Source of the DNA: an uncultured Acidimicrobiaceae bacterium
GTDB taxonomy: Bacteria > Actinomycetota > Acidimicrobiia > Acidimicrobiales > UBA8190
Length of the DNA stretch: 64,000 nucleotides
Assembly (NCBI GenBank): GCA_963793645.1
Contig: CAWCAW010000004.1
Coordinates: 293,793 to 357,792 of the forward strand
Reading direction: 5' to 3'
Made by a program: the position numbers and the translations under genes. The number at the start of each line of letters is the position of its first letter. Position 1 is the stretch's first letter. Shown here in pieces: positions 1-10,103 of the stretch. The notes below the pieces were generated by a model. That model searched no databases. It was not told where the DNA came from and saw only the letters and a program-made list of their open reading frames with translations.

Positions 1-1393
1 AGGCCTGCGCCATGGCCTGCACGATGACGTCGCCGCCGGGACACGCGATGGGCCACACGTGGCCGTCGTCATCGAGCACGATGGCCGGCGAGGGCGTCAC
101 ACGCGGCCGCCGGTAGGGCCCCAAGGCGGCGGGGTGCTCGGGATCGGTGCGACTCTGCACTCCTCGGCCTGAGACCACAACCCCGAGGCCGGGGACGACG
201 GGGCCCATGGCCAGCGTGTCGCTCGGTGCCGACGAGAAGGCGTTGCCGTGCCCGTCGACAACGGCCACGTGCGTGGTCGACTCGATGCCATCGGCGCCGT
301 GACGAAGGGTGATCAGGTCGGCGAGCACACGGTCGGGCTGGATCAAGGCGGCCAGTTCGGCTGCGTGGGCGTCACTGAGCAGTGCGTGGAGGTCCACCAC
401 GCCACCATCGCCGTAGAAGCGCTCGCGATCCGAAAAGGCCAGCTTGATCGACTCCATCAGCACGTGCAGGTAAGGGGCCGAGTTATGGCCCAAGGACTCC
501 AGATCGAAGTGCTCGAGGATGGCGAGGGCCTGCAACAAGGCTGGTCCTTGTGACCATTCGGCGGGCGTGACGTGCATGGTCAGGCCATCAAAGGCGCCAA
601 AGCGGCGCCCCGGCGCGGGGGCGACCTCCGCTCGAAAGCCGGCCAAATCGTCGGTGGTGAGAAAGCCGCCTTCGGCGGTGACAAAGTCGACCATGCGCTG
701 GGCCACCTCGCCTTCGTAGAACGCCCGCCGTACGGCGTCGAGCCGCGCACGGCGGTCGCCGCCGATCTCGGCCTCGGCCAACCGACGCAACAGCTGTCCG
801 AGATCGGACTGCACCAACCGCTCCCCCACCACAGCCCTGCGGCCGCCGGGGCAATAGAGGGCCGCCGAGGATGGCCACTGCTCGAAGACCCACGCGAAGA
901 GATCCAACGCCGTTGCGGTCGTTGCGTCGAGAACGAATCCTCCGGTGGCCAACTCGATGGCGGGGGCGGCAACATCGGCGAACGACCACGTCCCGAAGTG
1001 CTCCAAGGCGCTCAGCCACCCCGCCAAGGCGCCTGGCACCACGCAGGGCCCGCATCCAGGCGCCATGGTCGTGGCGAAACGACGGGTATAGGCCTCCAGC
1101 GTCGCCGTAGAAGACCAACGTCCCACCCCGGCCACGCTCATCACCTGCGAGGACTCCGCCGGTCGCACCAGGATCGGAGCGATGCCGGCCAGGTTGCACA
1201 TGTCTACTTGGACGACATTGGTGGCCAGCCCGGCCGCCACTCCGGCATCGACGGCGTTCCCGCCGGCCTCGAGCACGCGCGCCGCCACCTGGACGGTGAG
1301 CGGATGACCGGTGACCGCCATCCAATGATCGCCGACGATGGTCGGGCGCGAACTCTCCGACGGGGGCAGTCCGCGTGGACCCGGTTTCATCAT
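1..1393 (-). CDS. ggt: gamma-glutamyltransferase (Ntn-hydrolase family); the 3' end runs off the window
   Basis: Absent from the ORF track because there is no stop in the window. My reverse-strand translation from ATG 1393 (MMKPGPRGLPPSE...) stays open to position 1. It contains the GGT nucleophile signature ...GADGIESTTHVAVVDGHGNAFSS... (encoded around 240-300) and ...YRRPRVTPSPAIV... Confidence 0.85.
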   Translation of the reverse strand, partial: MMKPGPRGLPPSESSRPTIVGDHWMAVTGHPLTVQVAARVLEAGGNAVDAGVAAGLATNVVQVDMCNLAGIAPILVRPAESSQVMSVAGVGRWSSTATLEAYTRRFATTMAPGCGPCVVPGALAGWLSALEHFGTWSFADVAAPAIELATGGFVLDATTATALDLFAWVFEQWPSSAALYCPGGRRAVVGERLVQSDLGQLLRRLAEAEIGGDRRARLDAVRRAFYEGEVAQRMVDFVTAEGGFLTTDDLAGFRAEVAPAPGRRFGAFDGLTMHVTPAEWSQGPALLQALAILEHFDLESLGHNSAPYLHVLMESIKLAFSDRERFYGDGGVVDLHALLSDAHAAELAALIQPDRVLADLITLRHGADGIESTTHVAVVDGHGNAFSSAPSDTLAMGPVVPGLGVVVSGRGVQSRTDPEHPAALGPYRRPRVTPSPAIVLDDDGHVWPIACPGGDVIVQAMAQA

Positions 1394-1440
1394 GGCCTCA
1401 CGTTATGCTGACAGTGGCGCAACCAACCTAGGAGGCGCTT

Positions 1441-1941
1441 ATGTGGTTCGTTGCTGGTGTCCTTCTCGGAGTAGTCCTGTTGGCCTCGCTGGCTGGCTTC
1501 CATCTCGGACCCCATGCCCATGTCGTCGCCGGGGTTGTCGGTGTCCTCGCCGCTCTATGGCTGGTGCTGATGGCCGTCGACGGGCGGGCCGCTCCGTTGC
1601 TGTGGGCACTGCTCAGTGCTGACGTCGTCGTATCGGTCGGCGTCGGGACCTTGGCGTGGTACGGCCTCTCGGCCCACACCACGTCCGGCTATCGACTCAA
1701 TCACCTCCAAGGCGGTGAGGGCATCGCCGTCAACGACCTGGCGCCCAAGGGCATCGTCCGCGTGCGCGGAGAGCAATGGTCAGCGGTGTCGGTCAACGGG
1801 ACCGTGCCGGCCGGCGGAAAGGTCCAGGTGCTCGGTGTGTCCGGCGTCCACCTCGACGTGTGGGGCGAGGACGTCGATGCGCACTCCACAGCCGATCCTT
1901 TTCACCTCGATGAAGGCGACAGCAAGGAGCACAGCTCATGA
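1441..1941 (+). CDS. NfeD-family membrane protein (OB-fold C-terminus)
   Basis: The N-terminal half is hydrophobic. The C-terminal ...GIVRVRGEQWSAVS...GGKVQVLGVSGVHLDVW is NfeD-like. AGGAGG lies 5-10 nt upstream of the ATG. The stop overlaps the next start (ATGA at 1938-1941). Confidence 0.8.
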   Translation: MWFVAGVLLGVVLLASLAGFHLGPHAHVVAGVVGVLAALWLVLMAVDGRAAPLLWALLSADVVVSVGVGTLAWYGLSAHTTSGYRLNHLQGGEGIAVNDLAPKGIVRVRGEQWSAVSVNGTVPAGGKVQVLGVSGVHLDVWGEDVDAHSTADPFHLDEGDSKEHSS

Positions 1942-2987
1942 TCATCGGCATCATCATCGGGGTGATCGCGCTTTGCGTCGTGATCGCGTTCGCCATGTCG
2001 TCGGTGAAGATCGTCCGTGAATACCAACGGATCGTGATGTTCCGGCTTGGTCGTGCCATAGGACTGCGCGGCCCCGGGGTGGTGTTCGTCAACCCCATCA
2101 CCGACCGCACGTCTTGGGTCGATCTACGCGAGCAGTACCTCGAGATCCCCCACCAGACGGCCATCACCAAGGACAACGCCGCCATCTCGATCGACTTCAT
2201 CATCTTCTACAAGGTCGTCGACCCCGCCATGTCCGTGTTGCAAGTGCAGAATTTCGCCGGGGCGGCGCAAAATGTGGCCGCCACCACCCTGCGCAGCGTG
2301 GTGGGCGACATGGCCCTGGACGACGTGCTGTCCAAGCGTGAGGACATGAATGCGTTGCTTCGCGTTCGCCTCGACGACATCACCGAACGCTGGGGAGTCA
2401 AGGTCACCACCGTCGAAGTACGCGAGGTGAACCCTCCGGCCGGCGTCCTGGACGCCATGACCCGCCAGATGTCAGCCGAGCGGACTCGCCGGGCGGCCAT
2501 CACCGAATCACAAGGCCAGAAACAAGCAGCCATCACGCTGGCCGAGGGCACCAAACAAGCCGCCATCCTCGGCGCCGAAGGGGACCGGCAGTCCGCCATC
2601 CTGCGCGCCGAAGGATTGGCCGCCGGCCTCGAGAGGGTCCTTCTGGTCGGCCGAGGACTCGATCGCAACACCATGCAACTCCAGTATCTCGAGACGTTGA
2701 AGCAGATCGGGGCCGCACCGTCGACCAAGATCGTGGTGCCTATGGACCTTCTCGGGGGGCTCGCCAACGGATTGCGAGGGGCGCTGCAGGGCGACGCCTC
2801 GGGCGAAGCGGTCTGGGCCAACAACGGCGACGCGCCGAGCCCGACGATGCCGACATCTCCAACGACGGCTTCCCCCACGACAGCGTCTCCCAAGGCGTCT
2901 TCTATGGCGGCATCGACAGCGGGTCCTCCCGCCGAACTCGAAGACGGCACCAGCCCCTGGCCGCCACCCCCACCGCCCCCCGCCTGA
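1938..2987 (+). CDS. SPFH/band-7 (stomatin/slipin-like) protein with a Pro/Thr-rich tail
   Basis: N-terminal TM segment, then the SPFH core (...VREYQRIVMFRLGR...VDLREQ...TKDN...). A coiled Ala/Gln/Glu-rich region follows. The tail is ...PTSPTTASPTTASPK...PPPPPPPA. Confidence 0.9.
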   Translation: MIIGIIIGVIALCVVIAFAMSSVKIVREYQRIVMFRLGRAIGLRGPGVVFVNPITDRTSWVDLREQYLEIPHQTAITKDNAAISIDFIIFYKVVDPAMSVLQVQNFAGAAQNVAATTLRSVVGDMALDDVLSKREDMNALLRVRLDDITERWGVKVTTVEVREVNPPAGVLDAMTRQMSAERTRRAAITESQGQKQAAITLAEGTKQAAILGAEGDRQSAILRAEGLAAGLERVLLVGRGLDRNTMQLQYLETLKQIGAAPSTKIVVPMDLLGGLANGLRGALQGDASGEAVWANNGDAPSPTMPTSPTTASPTTASPKASSMAASTAGPPAELEDGTSPWPPPPPPPA

Positions 2988-3045
2988 GACGGCCCATGCG
3001 GCGTTGACGGGACACCGTTGCCTTTGACCGGTCCGCCCGGATTCA

Positions 3046-3068
3046 ATACGATTCGTCTCGGATCGTAA
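3046..3068. promoter_or_regulatory. imperfect palindrome, candidate TetR operator upstream of the MFS-TetR operon
   Basis: ATACGATTCG-TCT-CGGATCGTAA: 8 of 10 positions per half-site are complementary. It ends 2 nt before the AGGAGG Shine-Dalgarno at 3071. Confidence 0.4.
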
Positions 3069-3082
3069 TCAGGAGGGTGGGC

Positions 3083-4657
3083 ATGCCAGGACTGGAACGC
3101 AAGTGGTGGACGCTGATTGCCGTATGCACGGCGACGTTCATGCTCTTGCTCGACATCACGGTCGTCAACGTCGCCCTCCCCGACATCCAGCGTTCGTTGC
3201 ACTCGACCTTCAGCGACCTGCAGTGGGTCATCGACGCCTACTCCTTGACACTGGCCGCCTTCTTGCTCACCGCCGGGGTCATCGGCGACATGTTCGGGCG
3301 CCGCGGTGTGTTCGCCATCGGGCTCGGCGTGTTCACGGCCTCCTCCTTTGTCTGTGGTCTATCCAGTTCGTCGCTCATGTTGAACCTGGCCAGGGGAGCC
3401 CAAGGGGTAGGCGGGGCAATCATGTTCGCCACCTCCCTGGCACTCATCGCGTCCGCCTTTCAGGGCAAAGAGCGGGGCACTGCGTTCGGGATCTACGGCG
3501 CCGTGATCGGCGGAGCGGTGGCGGTGGGACCCCTCATCGGTGGGGCGCTGACGAGCGCGTTCGGGTGGCGATGGATCTTCTTCGTCAACGTCCCTGTCGG
3601 CATCGTGGCCGTCTTCATCACGTTGTCGCGGGTAGCGGCATCGACAGAGCGCAACCAGCGCCGTATCGACTGGATCGGATTCATCTCGTTCTCCGCCGCG
3701 CTCTTCATGCTCGTCTTCGCCTTGGTGCGCGGCAACGACGACGGGTGGGGCAGCCGACAGATCGTCGGGTTGCTGGCGGGGTCGGCCATCTTAATGGCCG
3801 TGTTCCTGGTGGCCGAATGGCGCCAATCGGATCCCATGTTGGACCTCAACTTGTTCCGACGGCCGGCCATGGTGGGAGCCTCGATGGTGGCGTTCGCCAT
3901 GTCCTCATCGATCTTCGCCCTGTTTCTGTACATCACGTTGTTCATCCAAGACGATCTGGGATACGGACCGCTTGCGGCCGGCATCCGCTTTCTTCCCATC
4001 ACGATGCTCTCGTTCGTGGTGGCACCAATAGCCGGCAAATTGAGCGTGCGCATCCAGGCACGCTTTCTCCTCGGCACTGGTCTGCTTTTCGTCGCCATCG
4101 GGCTCTTTCTCATGTCCATGGTGCACACCGCCTCGGGCTGGACGGCACTCATCCCCGGCTTCATCGTGACCGGCATCGGGATCGGGACGGTCAATCCGGT
4201 GCTGGCCTCGTCGGCGGTCAGCGTCGTGCCACCTGAGCGCAGCGGCATGGCGTCAGGCTCGAACAACACGTTCCGTCAGGTTGGCATCGCCACCGGTATC
4301 GCCGCGCTGGGAGCGGTGTTCCAGAGCCAGATCCAACGCGGGACGCTGCACGCGCTCAGTGCCAGCTCAGTGGGCCGGGTCCTGGTGGCTCGCGGCGGCT
4401 CCGCGTTGAACAGTGCATTGGCCGGGGGCGGGGTACGTCAGGCGGCCGCCACCATCCCCTCGGCCGCAGCGCGACTCACCTTGCTGCACGCGTATCGGGT
4501 GGGCTTTGCAACGACCCTCGACCATCTCATGATCATCGGCACGGTGGTGGCGCTCATCGGATCGGTCGGCGCCTTCACCCTGGTGCGTCAGAAGGACTTT
4601 GTGCCGAGCTACTCCCCCGCCGACGTTCCCGCCGCTACTCACGCGGCGGTGGCGTAG
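3083..4657 (+). CDS. MFS transporter, DHA2 (EmrB/QacA-like, about 14 TM)
   Basis: ...LLDITVVNVALPDIQRSL...DAYSLTLAAFLLTAGVIGDMFGRR... is typical of the DHA2 N-terminus. The track ORF starts at GTG 3077. ATG 3083 has better spacing from AGGAGG (3071-3076). Confidence 0.9.
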   Translation: MPGLERKWWTLIAVCTATFMLLLDITVVNVALPDIQRSLHSTFSDLQWVIDAYSLTLAAFLLTAGVIGDMFGRRGVFAIGLGVFTASSFVCGLSSSSLMLNLARGAQGVGGAIMFATSLALIASAFQGKERGTAFGIYGAVIGGAVAVGPLIGGALTSAFGWRWIFFVNVPVGIVAVFITLSRVAASTERNQRRIDWIGFISFSAALFMLVFALVRGNDDGWGSRQIVGLLAGSAILMAVFLVAEWRQSDPMLDLNLFRRPAMVGASMVAFAMSSSIFALFLYITLFIQDDLGYGPLAAGIRFLPITMLSFVVAPIAGKLSVRIQARFLLGTGLLFVAIGLFLMSMVHTASGWTALIPGFIVTGIGIGTVNPVLASSAVSVVPPERSGMASGSNNTFRQVGIATGIAALGAVFQSQIQRGTLHALSASSVGRVLVARGGSALNSALAGGGVRQAAATIPSAAARLTLLHAYRVGFATTLDHLMIIGTVVALIGSVGAFTLVRQKDFVPSYSPADVPAATHAAVA

Positions 4658-5253
4658 TGGTCACGACGTCGGTGACGCGTCCCGCCCCGGAATTGCGCCC
4701 GCCGGGTCGACCCCGAGACGAGCGCGCCACCAATGCCATCACCGAAGCGGCTCTGCGCCAGCTGGCTACCCATGGCTATGCCCGCATAACCATGGAGAGC
4801 GTGGCCAGCGAGGCCGGCGTGGCCCGCGCCACGGTGTACCGCCGCTTCAAGGACAAAGCCGACCTGATCACTACGGCCATCGCCACCGGTGCCGGTGGGC
4901 CCCCAGATGAACACCTCTCCGGCGATCCGCGCGCCGATCTCATCGCCTACCTGGAGGACTTCGACGAGCGTTTCGGCGAGAGCTGTGTCGAAGTGATCGG
5001 ATCGCTGCTCGGCTCTCGAGACGAGCGCGCCGCCTTGGAGCTGCATCGACAGCGGGTGGTCCGGCCTCGTACCGCCTACGTGCGAGGGCTCCTCGTGCGG
5101 GCCCGGAGCCTCGGGATGCTGGCCCCCGACATCGACGTCGATCTCGCCGTCCAGATGCTGGCCGGCTCGGTGTTCGCCCGCCGGGTCATAGGCACCCCGA
5201 GCGCACCACACTGGGCGCGCCGAGCCGTCGACATGATCTGGCCGAGCTCCTAG
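4657..5253 (+). CDS. TetR-family transcriptional regulator
   Basis: Helix-turn-helix region ...ITEAALRQLATHGYARITMESVASEAGVARATVYRRFKDKADLI... The GTG start overlaps the MFS stop (TAGTG). Confidence 0.9.
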   Translation: MVTTSVTRPAPELRPPGRPRDERATNAITEAALRQLATHGYARITMESVASEAGVARATVYRRFKDKADLITTAIATGAGGPPDEHLSGDPRADLIAYLEDFDERFGESCVEVIGSLLGSRDERAALELHRQRVVRPRTAYVRGLLVRARSLGMLAPDIDVDLAVQMLAGSVFARRVIGTPSAPHWARRAVDMIWPSS

Positions 5254-5295
5254 TTCACGCCGTGGCCGACTGAGTCCGGCGCGCGAGCAGGCCAG

Positions 5296-6703
5296 TCAGT
5301 GATGAAAACCAGAGCCTTTCTCGGCGCTCTGGAGCGGTTCTCCTTGACGGGCCAGCTCGGGCAGCAGCCGCTCGAGGTCGGCGATGAACAGCGACGCCAA
5401 GTTGTGCGAGAAGCCGTTGCGCACCACCACCCGCAGCACGCTGAGGTCTTGCCGGTTCTCAGGGAAGGTATAGGCAGGAACGAGCCACCCACTCTCCCGG
5501 AGCCGGCGCGAGACGTCGAAGACGTTGTAGCTGGAGATGTCCGGCTTCGTGGTGAACGCGAAGACCGGGAGCTCGTCGCCTCGTGTGATGAGAACAAAGG
5601 GCCCGAGCTGGCTGATCTGCTGGGCGAGATGGATGGCGATGTCGCGGGCGGACTGCTGAAGAGCGCGAAACCCTTCGAAGCCGAGGCGCAGGAACGTGTA
5701 GTACTGGGCCACCACCTCGGCTCCGGGTCGCGGAGAAGTTGAGCGCGAAGGTGGGCATGTTGCCACCCAGGTAATTGACGTTGAACACCAGTTCCTTGGG
5801 CAGCGCCTCGTGGTCGCGCCACAGCACCCACCCCACTCCGGGGTAGACGAGCCCGTATTTGTGCCCCGACGTGTTGATCGAGGCCACCCGGGGCAAGCGG
5901 AAGTCCCACACCAGGTCCTCGTCGACAAAGGGGGCGATCATGGCTCCCGACGCGCCGTCGACGTGGATGTCGATGTCCAACCCGGTGCGGGCCTGGAGGT
6001 CGTCGAGAGCGGCGGCGATCTGCGCCACCGGTTCGTAGCTACCGTCGAAGGTGGAACCGAGGATGGCCACCACACCGATGGTGTTCTCATCACAACGGGC
6101 CACCGCTTCCTCGGCCGACAGGTGGAAGCGGTCCCCGTCCATGGGCACCTGACGCGCTTCGACCTCCCAGTAGTTGCAGAACTTCTCCCAGCACACCTGT
6201 ACGTTGGCGCCCATGACGAGATTGGGGCGCGCCGTGGACTCCCCCGTCGCGCTGCGCCGCTTGGTCCATCGTCGCTTGAGGGCGAGCCCGCCGAGCATGC
6301 ACGCCTCTGACGATCCCGTCGTAGAGCAGCCCACCGTCCGATCGGCGTCCGGGGCATTCCACAAGTTGGCCAGGATGCTCACACAGCGCCGTTCGAGCTC
6401 GGCGGTCTGTGGATACTCATCCTTGTCGATCATGTTCTTCTCGGCGCATTCGGTCATGAGCCGCGCCGCCGGTGGCTCCATCCACGTGGTGACGAACGTG
6501 GCCAGGTTCAGCCGGGCGTTGCCGTCGAGCATCAGCTCGTCATGAATGAGCTGATAGGCGGTTTCCGCCGGCATGGACTGATCACTGAGACGGGTGGTGG
6601 GCAGCACCAGCCCTTCACCAAGCTCAGGGCTGTCCAATACCGCCAAGGGGTTGACCTGGTGGCTACCTTCGTGACGTGTCGGTGTGGCGCGATGCAGGGC
6701 CAT
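5296..6703 (-). pseudogene. gadB: PLP-dependent glutamate decarboxylase, reading frame broken by an apparent +1 nt near 5731
   Basis: ORF 5459..6823 carries the GAD N-terminal two-thirds from MALHR (ATG 6703): ...NMIDKDEYPQTAELERRCV...SINTSGHKYGLVYPGVGWVLWR...NYLGGNMPTFALNFS. ORF 5296..5928 continues in another frame: RPGAEVVAQYYTFLRLGFEGF...GWLVPAYTFPEN... The junction reads AAC TTC TCC [G] CGA CCC GGA. Confidence 0.8.
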
Positions 6704-6719
6704 CGTCGGTCTCCATGTG

Positions 6720-8444
6720 TCAGCGGGCGCCGCGCAGGAGCATCCCTGGCCTCGCACCGGTGTCTTGCCCAGCAGCAAACGTCGTGACACCAGACTTGAT
6801 GGTCTCCACATATCCGGTGGCATCTTGGAGCAGCCGCCGACCTCCGGCGGGCAGATCGGTCACCGAGGTGGGGTTCCCCAGCTGCAGGCGCTCGTAATCG
6901 ATCACATTGAGGTCGGCCACGGCGCCCACCTCGATGGTGCCGCGATCGCCGAGCCCATAAAGACGAGCGGTCTCATAGGTCTGCTTCTTCACGATCCATT
7001 CGAGCGGTAGGCGATCACCGCGCTGTCTGTCTCTCGTCCAGTGGGTGAGCATAAAAGTCGGCTGCGAGGCATCGCAGATGACGCCGCAATGCGCCCCACC
7101 GTCACCGAGCCCGAGGGCGGCTCGAGGATGCAGGAGCATTTCTCGTTGCGATTCGAGGTCGCCGTTGGAGTAGTTGAGGATGGGCACGTAAAGCAGGCCC
7201 TGTGCATCGTCCTCGAGCATGGCGTCGTATGCCACCTCTATGGGCGTGCGGCCCGCCGCCGCGGCCAGGCCCAACAGAGAGCGCTCGGGCCCGGGCTCGT
7301 ATTCGGGAGGGCTCCCCAGCGAGAAGGTCGTGCCATAGGCGGCGTCCATCCGTGCGCTGGTCTCGGCATCAGGACGCCACTGCACGATGGAGCGTCGCAC
7401 CTCGTCGCGCTGCAGAGCATCGGCCAGGTCGGACGGTGACAGACCCTTCGCCTTGAGTTGCCGGTAGGCGGGGATCTGATCAAAGAGACACAAGGTGGTG
7501 AAGTGCCCGGACAACAGCCCGAAGCCGCGGCCGGCCACTTGCGGTCGAAGGTCGGATCCTGTCGCCGTGGCGCGCAACGACTCGTCCATGAGGCCCCGCC
7601 ACAACTCCGGCGCCGAGTCCACCTGCACCAGGGCAAAGGTGACTGGCCGGCCGATGGAGCTCGAAAGGCGCTGCATCCATTCGACCTCCTTGGCCGGCCC
7701 GATGATGTCCTCCCCGGCCACGCCGGCCGGCGCCAGCTCAAAGACCCCCGCTCCCAGCTCACCAAGCACGCCGGCGATGCCGAACAGTTCGTCTTCAGCC
7801 GCGAAGGTGCCCGGCACCGGCTCGCCGTCGATGGCACGATGCGCCATGGTGCGCGACGTGGAGAATCCCAGGGCGCCTGCGGCCAGGGCCGCTTTCACCA
7901 CGTCCTTCATGGCGTCGATGTCCTGGGGCGTGGCCGGGTCGTTGCGAGCGCCGCGCTCCCCCATCACATAGGAGCGCACGGCCCCGTGCGCTATCTGCGT
8001 CCCGACGTCCATCGTCCAGTGACGACGGCCCAGGGAATCGAGGTACTCGGGAAACGACTCCCATTCCCACTCGATGCCTTCGGCCAGAGCGGTACCGGGA
8101 ATGTCCTCGACTCCTTCCATCAACCCGATGAGCCAGTCGTGGCGGTCGGGTCGAACGGGGGCAAAGCCGACGCCGCAGTTCCCCATGACCACGGTGGTGA
8201 CGCCGTGGCGGCTACTGGGCGCCAGGACTTCGTCCCAGGTGGCTTGGCCGTCGTAGTGCGTGTGGATGTCGACCCAGCCGGGTGTCACCAGCAGGCCGTC
8301 GGCGTCTAGGCGGCGGCGGGCCGCTTCCCGGTGCGGGGAGCCAACGGCGCTGATCCTGCCACCGTCGACGGTGACGTCGGCAGTGCGCGCCGGTGCCCCC
8401 GTGCCGTCGACGACCGTTGCTCCCCGGATCACGAGGTCATGCAC
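6720..8444 (-). CDS. N-acyl-D-amino-acid deacylase (D-aminoacylase) family amidohydrolase
   Basis: MHDLVIRGATVVDGTGAP...DGGRISAVG...VTPGWVDIHTHYDGQATWD... GTG start with AAGGGGG upstream. Confidence 0.85.
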   Translation of the reverse strand: MHDLVIRGATVVDGTGAPARTADVTVDGGRISAVGSPHREAARRRLDADGLLVTPGWVDIHTHYDGQATWDEVLAPSSRHGVTTVVMGNCGVGFAPVRPDRHDWLIGLMEGVEDIPGTALAEGIEWEWESFPEYLDSLGRRHWTMDVGTQIAHGAVRSYVMGERGARNDPATPQDIDAMKDVVKAALAAGALGFSTSRTMAHRAIDGEPVPGTFAAEDELFGIAGVLGELGAGVFELAPAGVAGEDIIGPAKEVEWMQRLSSSIGRPVTFALVQVDSAPELWRGLMDESLRATATGSDLRPQVAGRGFGLLSGHFTTLCLFDQIPAYRQLKAKGLSPSDLADALQRDEVRRSIVQWRPDAETSARMDAAYGTTFSLGSPPEYEPGPERSLLGLAAAAGRTPIEVAYDAMLEDDAQGLLYVPILNYSNGDLESQREMLLHPRAALGLGDGGAHCGVICDASQPTFMLTHWTRDRQRGDRLPLEWIVKKQTYETARLYGLGDRGTIEVGAVADLNVIDYERLQLGNPTSVTDLPAGGRRLLQDATGYVETIKSGVTTFAAGQDTGARPGMLLRGAR

Positions 8445-8516
8445 GGAAAACCCCCTTCGTGCGTCATCGTCGATGCTGTCACGAAACCCGCCGGTGTGCG
8501 CAGCGGGGTCGCCTAC

Positions 8517-9011
8517 TCACTCCGGCGGTGACGACGATTTGAGCTCCCGCTTCCGGGCCTCCCAACCACCGATCATGGTGCCGAAGGCGGCGGGGTTGTA
8601 AATGTCCTCTTCGTAGGACCACAACCCTTCACCGGCATACTTGAGCAAGGTGAAGTTGTAGGCCTGATGCACGCTGCCGTCTCCGGGGTCCACCATCCGG
8701 TTCCACACCTGGCAGATCACCCAGCCCCGGTCCTCGTCGATGACATACCACTCGATGGGGAAATGCGGCATGGCGTTACCCGGGTAGGTGCTCATCGTCT
8801 GGGTGATCCAACGGCGGATCGCCTCGCGTCCACCGAAGCGCCCATAAAGATGTTCGACGTAGGTGGCGTCCTCGGTGAAGAGGTCTGCCCACCTGTCCCA
8901 GTTTCCCGACGTGCCGCCGTGCAAAGCGGCCGCCCGGTAGTCGCTGAAGGCCTGCTCCAGCTCCTGACGAGTCCACCGACCCACGTGTGCCCCCTCGGTC
9001 CCGGTCGCCAC
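8517..9011 (-). CDS. NTF2-fold (SnoaL-like) protein
   Basis: 164 aa with coding-like composition. ...WADLFTEDATYVEHLYGRFGGREAIRRWI...WYVIDEDRGWVICQVWNRM... resembles SnoaL/NTF2-like proteins. Confidence 0.6.
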   Translation of the reverse strand: MATGTEGAHVGRWTRQELEQAFSDYRAAALHGGTSGNWDRWADLFTEDATYVEHLYGRFGGREAIRRWITQTMSTYPGNAMPHFPIEWYVIDEDRGWVICQVWNRMVDPGDGSVHQAYNFTLLKYAGEGLWSYEEDIYNPAAFGTMIGGWEARKRELKSSSPPE

Positions 9012-9117
9012 TCGATGGCCCCGTCAGTCTGGCACGGGACTCGTTCGCCGGACGCCTATCGGGTCGTGACCTGTTCTCCCCACGTGCTTTGACGTGTGGC
9101 CACCCGGGTGGATGCCT

Positions 9118-9996
9118 TCAGGCCAGCAGGGCCGCCGCAGCGAGGCCGATTGGAAGCGCCACCCAACCCCAGCGCACAGCCACGTTCACCACGCCCGAGC
9201 GGTACCCGTAGAGGACCGATTGCTGCACGGGGAGAAACGACGGCGCCCCCAGCGCCGAGAGCACGGCGACGACGCGCAGCGCGCTGTTGTGGCTGATGAC
9301 GACCACGGGGAAGAGAAACGCACACCGTATGGCAGCCAGCAACAACCACCGGCGAACGGCCGGTGTGCCGCGCTGCACATCGACGTTGTGCGGATGGATG
9401 GCAGAACCAACCACGAGGCCGGCGCCGGCGAAGGCGAGGACCGGGGCCGACACGTTGAGCACGACGCTCGACCACGTCGGTGCCGGTGCCGCCAACCGGA
9501 GGAGTAAGCCGGCCACGAGCACAACCATGGCGGACTGATCCACCCAACTGGTGGCATGGCGTTGGCGCCGAGGCGCGTCTCGTCGCATGAGGTAGATGCA
9601 CACGAAGTTCGGCGCGCCATAAAGCATGTTGGCGATCGCCGCGATCATGATGGCCGGTGCTCCGGCCAGCGCGCCGGCGATAGGCAATACCCAAAAAGCG
9701 CCGTTGGGCCCGGCCGCCCACGACTCGAGGGCAGCCTCACCGGCACTGCGCTGTCCACGCGTCGACATCGCCGCCACCAGCAGCGTCCACGACACGACCG
9801 AGACGACGGCAGGGGCGATCAGCTCCCGGGGAGCGCTCAGACGCCAAGCGGCGAAGATCCCAAGGGTCGCGGATGTGACGAGCGTCTGGGACCGGAGATA
9901 GATAGGCCAGTCCCGCTGCAGGCGCGAACCGCCGCGCGACACCGCCACTCCGAGCGCCGCCCCCAGGGCGTAGGCGCAGATCGTGACCCACGCCAT
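9118..9996 (-). CDS. polytopic integral membrane protein (possibly an AEC-like transporter; family uncertain)
   Basis: 292 aa with about 9-10 hydrophobic segments and an ATG start. No diagnostic motif recognised. Confidence 0.55.
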   Translation of the reverse strand: MAWVTICAYALGAALGVAVSRGGSRLQRDWPIYLRSQTLVTSATLGIFAAWRLSAPRELIAPAVVSVVSWTLLVAAMSTRGQRSAGEAALESWAAGPNGAFWVLPIAGALAGAPAIMIAAIANMLYGAPNFVCIYLMRRDAPRRQRHATSWVDQSAMVVLVAGLLLRLAAPAPTWSSVVLNVSAPVLAFAGAGLVVGSAIHPHNVDVQRGTPAVRRWLLLAAIRCAFLFPVVVISHNSALRVVAVLSALGAPSFLPVQQSVLYGYRSGVVNVAVRWGWVALPIGLAAAALLA

Positions 9997-10103
9997 GGTT
10001 CAGGACACCACGCGCCGGGCTCGAGGCGCCAGTTGAAGGTCAAGACGGGCGCGTCTGCTCCCGATCCAGGCTTGCCGTCAACCAGACCCGGCCGCCGGGT
10101 TAG

